Shown here piece by piece: positions 63,172-64,000 of a stretch of 64,000 nt of DNA. A program made the position numbers and the translations under genes. Where the stretch lies: NCBI RefSeq assembly GCF_009914755.1, contig NC_060942.1. One strand, 5' to 3'. Each line of letters begins with the position of its first letter. Position 1 is the first letter of the stretch. Below the pieces are notes generated by a model. That model searched no databases and had not been told where the DNA came from. It worked only from the letters and a program-made list of their open reading frames with translations. Origin of the DNA: the human T2T-CHM13v2.0 reference genome, Homo sapiens.

Positions 63172-63540
63172 CTGTCTCGGTCTGTTTATGCTTTTATAAT
63201 AAAATATCTGAGACTGGATAACTTACAAACAACATCAATTTATTTCTCACAGTTCTGGAGGCTGGAAGACCAAGATCAGGGCCCTGCAGCTCTGAGGTCT
63301 GGGGAGGGCTGCTCTCTGCCTCCAGGATGGCCCCTTGTTGCTGTGTCCTCACGTGGTGGAAGGTGGAAGGGAAAAAGGGCCTGCCTAGTTCCCGCCAGCC
63401 CTTTCATAAAGTCACAAATCCCATTCCTGAAGGCTCTGCCCTTGTGACTCAGTCACCCCTAAGGGCCCCACCTCTTAATACTATCACATTGCTAATCACA
63501 TTTCAACACATGAATCTGGGGAGACATTTGGACCATAGCG
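63172..63540. mobile_element. MaLR LTR (MLT1A/MSTC-like)
   Basis: aatttatttctcacagttctggaggctggaagaccaagatc...catttcaacacatgaatctgggg. Confidence 0.75.
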
Positions 63541-63657
63541 GCATTTGTTGCTTATAGAAGTGTGTTCTGAAAAAACGAAAAATGATTTTGACACAAACCA
63601 ATACTTTTGAAATATTCTAATGTTTATTTGGAATATGCCTCTTAAAGAAAACTGAAG

Positions 63658-63969
<312 letters not shown>

Positions 63970-64000
63970 TTAGCTTTTCGTTGATTTTCATGGTTTTTTC

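Overview
Primate (human-like) genomic DNA, consistent with the distal chr18q23 RBFA locus. One intact protein-coding gene is present: RBFA (mitoribosome assembly factor), 7 coding exons on + from 21014 to 32672. The exons splice in frame to 1032 nt (343 aa plus stop) and start in a CpG island that looks bidirectional. The first ~19.7 kb is a nest of retroelements: a complete THE1A element carrying a 5'-inverted L1, an LTR-less HERV-W/9-type gag-pol fragment whose translations suggest APOBEC3 G-to-A hypermutation, and a decayed PRIMA4/MER4-group gag-pro-pol-env provirus whose 3' LTR abuts the promoter. Downstream lie a probable long 3' UTR with three tandem repeats, L1/Alu/MER41/MER1 elements, and two large VNTRs (36-37 bp and 15 bp units). 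I see no convincing wholly new multi-gene system. The best leads are the hypermutated provirus, an inverted Alu pair around exon 5 whose skipping opens a second reading frame, and a ~65-copy VNTR carrying an MRE core and an E-box per unit. Repeat subfamily names come from recalled consensus sequences and need RepeatMasker/Dfam confirmation.
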